NCBI GenBank assembly: GCA_031409335.1
Contig: JANNWY010000178.1
Coordinates: 1 to 12,851 of the forward strand
DNA length: 12,851 nucleotides
Origin: Chthoniobacteraceae bacterium
GTDB lineage: Bacteria > Verrucomicrobiota > Verrucomicrobiia > Chthoniobacterales > Chthoniobacteraceae
Reading direction: 5' to 3'
The position numbers and the translations under genes are program-made. Positions 8,233-12,851 of the stretch are shown piece by piece. Position 1 is the first letter of the stretch. Every line of letters begins with the position of its first letter. The notes beneath the pieces are model-generated. The model worked only from the letters and a program-made list of their open reading frames with translations. It was not told the DNA's origin and did no database searches.

Positions 8233-8828
8233 TTTCCCGCGCGCACCGCAAGCATCCGGTCCAGATACTTTGCGAGCAGATCGAACTCCAGATTCACGCG
8301 CTCGCCCGCGCGGCGCGCGCGCAGATTCGTCTGCGCGAGCGTGTGCGGGATGATCCACACGACAAAACTCTCCGCGCGCACTTCCGCGACCGTGAGGCTG
8401 ATGCCATCGATCGCGATCGAGCCTTTGAACGCGACAAGATGCGCGAACTCCGCGGGCAGCGCGATTTCCAAACGGTGATCCGCACCGCGCGGCTCGAACG
8501 CGAGCACCCCGGAAGTGCAGTCGATATGCCCCTGCACGAAATGTCCGCCAAGCCGCGCCGTCGCAGCGAGCGCGCGTTCGAGATTCACCGATGCGCCGAT
8601 GCCCAGGTCGCCGAGGTTCGTCCGCGCCAGCGTTTCCGCGAGCAGATCGAACGCAAGCGTTTCGCCCTCACGCATCACCACCGTCAGGCAGCAGCCGTTG
8701 ATGGCGATGCTATCGCCGATCGCCACGTCGCTGCTGACAAGCGGGGCCCGCACGCTGAGTCGCGCGCCGAGATCGGAGCGATCCAGTAAAATGAGCGTGC
8801 CTGTTTCTTCGACGAGCCCGGTGAACAT
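8229..8828 (-). CDS. ribE: Riboflavin synthase (alpha chain)
   Basis: Diagnostic N-terminal MFTGLVEE; GDSIAINGCCLTV, VNLERA, LGGHFVQGHID, KGSIAIDGISLTV, IIPHTL, VNLEFD. Start at ATG 8828. Called ribC in E. coli nomenclature. Confidence 0.96.
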   Translation of the reverse strand: MFTGLVEETGTLILLDRSDLGARLSVRAPLVSSDVAIGDSIAINGCCLTVVMREGETLAFDLLAETLARTNLGDLGIGASVNLERALAATARLGGHFVQGHIDCTSGVLAFEPRGADHRLEIALPAEFAHLVAFKGSIAIDGISLTVAEVRAESFVVWIIPHTLAQTNLRARRAGERVNLEFDLLAKYLDRMLAVRAGK

Positions 8829-8835
8829 GCCTGCG

Positions 8836-8863
8836 AATTTAGGAGCCGGTCGCACCGCGGCAA
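8836..8863 (-). promoter_or_regulatory. Candidate sigma70 promoter for a leaderless riboflavin synthase mRNA
   Basis: Minus strand reads TTGCCG-N16-TAAATT-N7-ATG. Confidence 0.45.
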
Positions 8864-8911
8864 GCACGCAAACGATTGCTTCCGCCCAAACTCATCGGGC
8901 ATCTTCCCAAC

Positions 8912-10390
8912 GTGCCCCACGAATCCACACTCCATCGTTTTCTCCGCCGTGCGATCCTCGCCCTCCTGCTCGCGGGGTGCGCGAATCTCGCGGCTGCAGC
9001 GGAATTCCCCCGCCCCCTCGAGACTTTCCAGGATCAAGGCATCACCGACCTCGGCACGAAGCTGCTGCATCGCGCCAGATCGGAACCATTCAACGTCTTC
9101 GCCAGCGCACTCTTCGTCCTCGCGATCATCCACACGTTTCTCACGTCAAAATTCCGCGCCCTCTCGCATCGCTACCAGCACGAGCTCGAGGCGCACACCG
9201 AGCCCGATTTCACCCATCGCGACCGCCTGCAATTCCGCGCGCAGATGCTCCACTTCGCCGGTGAAGTGGAGGCCGTCTTCGGCATCTGGCTCGTCCCACT
9301 TTTCGCCGCAATCGTCGTCTTCAAAGGCTGGAACGCGATGGTTCACTACGTCTCCGACACCAGCTTTTCGGAAGCCGTGTTCGTCACCGTCATCATGGCG
9401 ATGGCCGCGTCGAAACCCGTGCTCGTTTTCGCCGAAGGCGTGCTCGGCAAAGTCGCCGCGCTCGGCGGCAGCACTCCCGCGGCGTGGTGGCTCGCCATCC
9501 TCATCGTCGGTCCCCTGCTCGGCTCCTTCATCACCGAGCCCGCGGCGATGACAATCTGCGCGCTGCTCCTCAGCCGTCGTTTCTATTCCCTCAATCCCAG
9601 CCCGCGCCTCCGCTACGCCACGCTCGGCCTGCTCTTCGTGAATATCTCCGTCGGCGGCACGCTCACCCATTTCGCCGCGCCACCCGTCGTCATGGTCGCG
9701 CAAAAATGGAGCTGGGGCACTCCGCACATGTTTATGCATTTCGGCTGGAAAGCCGCGCTCGGCATCGGCCTCGCCACCGCGCTCTACTTCGTCTTTTTCC
9801 GGAGGGAATTGCGCGGCCTCCAAGCCATCGACGACGACGAAAAGCAGGAACTGCCGCCGCCCTTCCGCATCGTCGCCGCGCATCTCCTTTTCATCCTCTG
9901 GACCGTCCTCACGTCGCACCATCCCGCGCTCGTCGTCCTCGGCTTCCTCTTCTTCCTCGCCTACGTCGAGGCCACCGATCGCCATCAGGATGCCATCGCC
10001 CTGCGCGCGCCCATGCTCGTCGGCTTTTTCCTCGCCGCCCTCGTCGTCCATGGCGGCCTGCAACGCTGGTGGATCGCCCCGCTGCTCGGCAGCCTCGGCG
10101 AATGGCCGCTGATGATCGGCGCGACCCTGCTCACCGCCGTGAACGACAACGCCGCGATCACCTACCTCGCCTCCCTCGTCCCCGGATTTTCCGACGAGCT
10201 AAAATACGCCGTCGTCGCCGGAGCCATGGCCGGCGGCGGCCTCACCGTCATCGCCAACGCACCAAATCCCGCCGGCCAGTCCATCCTGCAAAAACACTTC
10301 GGCGAAGACGGCATCGCGCCGCTGAAGCTCCTGCTCGCCGCACTCGTGCCCACGCTCGTCATGGGCGCGGCGTTTATGCTGCTGCGGTGA
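8912..10390 (+). CDS. Putative Na+/H+ antiporter (DUF1504 / Na_H_antiport_2, IT superfamily)
   Basis: More than 10 TM segments; 'IIHTF', 'HFAGEVEAVFGIW', 'GSFITEPAAMT', 'LFVNISVGGTLTHFAAPPV', 'DNAAITYL', 'GGGLTVIANAPNPAG'. Start uncertain (TTG 8876 or GTG 8912). Confidence 0.85.
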   Translation: MPHESTLHRFLRRAILALLLAGCANLAAAAEFPRPLETFQDQGITDLGTKLLHRARSEPFNVFASALFVLAIIHTFLTSKFRALSHRYQHELEAHTEPDFTHRDRLQFRAQMLHFAGEVEAVFGIWLVPLFAAIVVFKGWNAMVHYVSDTSFSEAVFVTVIMAMAASKPVLVFAEGVLGKVAALGGSTPAAWWLAILIVGPLLGSFITEPAAMTICALLLSRRFYSLNPSPRLRYATLGLLFVNISVGGTLTHFAAPPVVMVAQKWSWGTPHMFMHFGWKAALGIGLATALYFVFFRRELRGLQAIDDDEKQELPPPFRIVAAHLLFILWTVLTSHHPALVVLGFLFFLAYVEATDRHQDAIALRAPMLVGFFLAALVVHGGLQRWWIAPLLGSLGEWPLMIGATLLTAVNDNAAITYLASLVPGFSDELKYAVVAGAMAGGGLTVIANAPNPAGQSILQKHFGEDGIAPLKLLLAALVPTLVMGAAFMLLR

Positions 10391-11402
10391 CCTCCCGAAG
10401 CTCGGGCTTCGCCTTGCCATTCGAGCATGAAAACCGGAAGACCCTGATTTGCTGCTGACAGCCCCGCAGTCGCTCGCTACAGGCATTACTCATGCCGGAT
10501 TCGGAAACCAGATTTGCCGTCCTGCTTTTCACCGACATCGTTGGCTCCACGGAATTGAAGGCGCGGCACGGCGTCCCCGCTTACAGCGAGGCGCTCCGCA
10601 CGCACAACGGGCACTTCGAGCGCATCGCCCGCGAATGCAGGAATGTCCGCATCCTGCATAACATGGGTGACGGCTATTTCGCGGAAGCGGGCGGCGTCGC
10701 GGAGGCAGTGCGTTTCGCGCTGTTGTTTCAGGATGCGATGCGCGACGGACCGTGGAATGAAGTGTGCCTGACCACGCGCGCCGGCATCCATGCCGGTGAA
10801 ATCGGCGTGGTCGATTCCGAAGGCGGTAGCGGTGTCGTCGCCCCCGCTGCCGACCTCGCGGCGCGGGTGATGAGCCTCGCGATGGGTGGACAGATTTTGC
10901 TCACGCGCTTCCCTTTCGATGAAGCGCGCCACTTCATCCGCGAGCATCCGTCCGTCGCGGGGAAAACCATGCCGCCGCTGCGCTGGCTCGCGCACGGTCC
11001 TTACCTGCTCAAAGGCCGCGACGAGCCGATGGATATTTTCGAAGTCGGTGCGGAGGGCCTCGCCCCGCTCATCGCGCCGCCCGATGGCGACAAAGCCAAG
11101 CGCGCCATCCGTCCCGGCGAGGAGGAAACCCTCGGCTGGCGTCCCGCCGTCGGTCTGGAAATTCCGGGCCGCACCGGCTGGCAACTCACCGAGCGGCTCG
11201 GCGCGGGCGGCTTCGGCGAAGTGTGGACGGGCGAACACGCGAAGCTCCACCAGCGCCGCGCCTTCAAGTTCTGCTTCGACGACGAACGCCTGCGCGCCCT
11301 CAAGCGCGAAGTCACCCTCGTCCGCCTGCTCCGCAGCGCCCTCGGCGAGCGCGACGACATCGTCCACATCCACGAACTCAAGCTCGACGCCCCGCCCTTT
11401 TA

Positions 11403-11743
11403 TACTGCGCGTCATCACAAATTGTGAATTTTTAGGTCCGAGGTCAGCATTGACTTTCAGGGCTTGGATGTAGGCTGGGTCCACAGGCTCGAAGAGCCGA
11501 AAGACGCCAGCTCAGGGCAACGCCCTGGGTATCGATGCGAAAGCGGCCAAGCCCTGAAGGGGCGTGACCATCCTCGCGTGGAGCCATTGTCGCGCCCATT
11601 CAGGGCTCGCCTCTTCGAATCCCGAAACCTAGGGCGTTGCCCTGGGCTGGCATGTCTCAGCCCTTCGGGCTAGCTGAAATGGCAGTCTGCAAACACGCCC
11701 AAACCTCTGACACGGAAATCACAAATTGTGATGACGGGAAGTA
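11403..11743. mobile_element. 341-bp non-autonomous MITE-like insertion with TA target duplication (IS630/Tc1-mariner-like ends)
   Basis: TA at 11401-11402 and 11744-11745. TIRs TACTGCGCGTCATCACAAATTGTGA vs (rc) TACTTCCCGTCATCACAATTTGTGA, 22/25 identical. Removing the element plus one TA restores CCC TTT TAT CTC GAA (PFYLE) in the kinase frame. Confidence 0.9.
11486..11671. repeat. REP/BIME-like palindromic cassette inside the MITE
   Basis: Outer arms 11486-11530 and 11627-11671, each with a CAGGGCAACGCCCT-type hairpin. Inner arms AGCCCTGAAGGGGCGTGAC (11550-11568) and GTCGCGCCCATTCAGGGCT (11589-11607), 17/19 complementary. Confidence 0.85.
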
Positions 11744-12383
11744 TATCTCGAAAGCGACCTTGCCCAGCACGGCAACCTCCTCCAGTGGGCCGAAAGCCAG
11801 GGCGGCCTCGACAAAATCCCGCTCGCGCAGCGCATCGCCCTCGTCGCCCACACCGCCACCGCGCTCGCCGCCGCACACAGCATCGGCGTCCTGCGCAAGG
11901 ACATCAAACCGACGAACATCCTCATCTTCGACGGCCCCGGTGGTGAACCGCGCCCGCGCCTCGTCGATTTCGGCATCGGCACCCTCACCGACCGCGCCGT
12001 GCTCGGCGAACACGGAGTCACCGCCGCCGGTTTCACCCGCACAAACGTCGAGCACAGCACCGGCACGCCGACCTACAAGCCCGCCCGAATACCTCGCCGG
12101 AAAGCCCTACACCATTCAGGGCGACATCTACGGCCTTGGCGTCCTGCTTTACCAACTCATCACTGTCAAACCGCTCGACCCGCTTGCGCCCGGTTGGGAG
12201 CGCGACATCCCCGACCCGCTCCTGCGCGAAGACATCGCCGCCTGCGTCGATGGCGACCCCGCGCGGAGATTCCCCAGCGCCGCCGATCTCGCCGAGCGCC
12301 TCCTGCCCCTCGACCAGCGCCGCGCCGAGTTCGTCGAAAAAGAGCGGATCATCTGGGAAACCCTAACCCGTGCCGAAGCTGAA

Positions 12384-12797
12384 GCCGCCGCCCTCAAACT
12401 CATCTACCGGGCCGAAAGCGCCGAAGCCGCCGAAGCCCGCCTCGCCGAATTTGAAGCCACAGAATGGGCGCGCAAATACCCCACCATCGCCCCCATGTGG
12501 CGGCGGGCTTGGGAGCAAATCATCCCCTTTTTCGCCTACCCGCCCGAGGTCCGCAAAATCATCTACACCACCAACGCCATCGAGAGCGTAAACATGCAAC
12601 TGCGCAAAATCATCAAAACGCGGGGCCACTTTCCGTCCGACGAAGCCGCCACCAAATTGCTCTATCTAGCCTTGCTAAACATCACCAAAAAGTGGAAATC
12701 CCCACCGCTGAACTGGAAGTCCGCAGCCAACCAATTCGCCATCCAATTCGGCCCGCGCTTCTGCCAGGCTGCCTCGTCCACAACGCAGGCTCCCTAG
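12384..12797 (+). pseudogene. IS256-family transposase, C-terminal fragment (~137 aa), in frame with the kinase remnant
   Basis: 'ALKLIYRAESAEAA...WARKYP...WRRAWEQIIPFFAYPPEVRKIIYTTNAIESVNMQLRKIIKTRGHFPSDEAATKLLYLAL...QFAIQF', the typical IS256 C-terminus. Junction position approximate. Confidence 0.92.
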
Positions 12798-12850
12798 CCA
12801 ATCCATCAACACATCAACCCGCCCTTAAACACAAACTTTTGGACAGGTCC
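12384..12850 (+). mobile_element. Right-hand remnant of an IS256-family element, including the probable right inverted repeat
   Basis: AAACACAAACTTTTGGACAGGTCC (12827-12850), about 30 nt after the tnp stop, fits the usual IS256 right-end pattern (ACACAAA...GGACAG.CC). No left end visible. Confidence 0.8.
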
Positions 12851-12851
12851 A

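Larger units (their letters stand above)
10492..12383 (+). pseudogene. Class III adenylate/guanylate cyclase - Hanks-type Ser/Thr kinase fusion, disrupted
   Basis: Cyclase motifs FTDIVGST, MGDG, RAGIHAGE, DLAARV, GGQILLT. Kinase GAGGFGEVW/AFK up to 11402, resuming at 11744 (YLESD...RKDIKPTN...VDFGIG...GTPTY), +1 frameshift near 12077, then PPEY...DIYGLGVLLYQL...PARRF. Confidence 0.9.

Noticed and set aside
10394..10410. Short hairpin after the antiporter stop as an intrinsic terminator
   Set aside because: Only a 5-bp stem and no U-tract.
10492..11427. 311-aa ORF as a complete gene
   Set aside because: Its stop lies in the MITE left TIR, and the kinase continues after 11744.
2134..11484. 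Long overlapping or antisense ORFs (e.g. 2134-3207, 9146-10063, 9484-10458, 10486-11484)
   Set aside because: Expected stop-poor shadow frames in high-GC DNA; they overlap well-supported genes and show no recognisable motifs.
11637..12797. 386-aa ORF as one genuine protein
   Set aside because: Composite of MITE sequence, an off-frame kinase stretch, the post-frameshift kinase C-lobe and an IS256 fragment.

Overview
GC-rich bacterial chromosomal window. Gene content and repeat style suggest Verrucomicrobia/PVC (inference). Left to right: the N-terminus of a Lys/Ala/Pro-rich protein that runs off the left edge (missing from the ORF track), an ABC-2/DUF990-type permease, a DeaD-like DEAD-box helicase, acylphosphatase, an ABC ATPase + permease + TPR-like protein trio resembling pilH/pilI/pilG (xap) modules, a metallophosphoesterase, a GT9 glycosyltransferase, riboflavin synthase, and a DUF1504-type putative Na+/H+ antiporter. 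The last 2.4 kb is a decayed class III nucleotide cyclase-Ser/Thr kinase fusion gene. It is interrupted by a 341-bp non-coding element with TA target duplication and TIRs (IS630-like MITE) that carries a REP-like hairpin cassette, has a +1 frameshift, and is joined in frame to the 3' third of an IS256 transposase ending at the IS right end. Most larger intergenic gaps hold nested inverted-repeat cassettes made of REP-like units and 7- or 9-mer tandem repeats.
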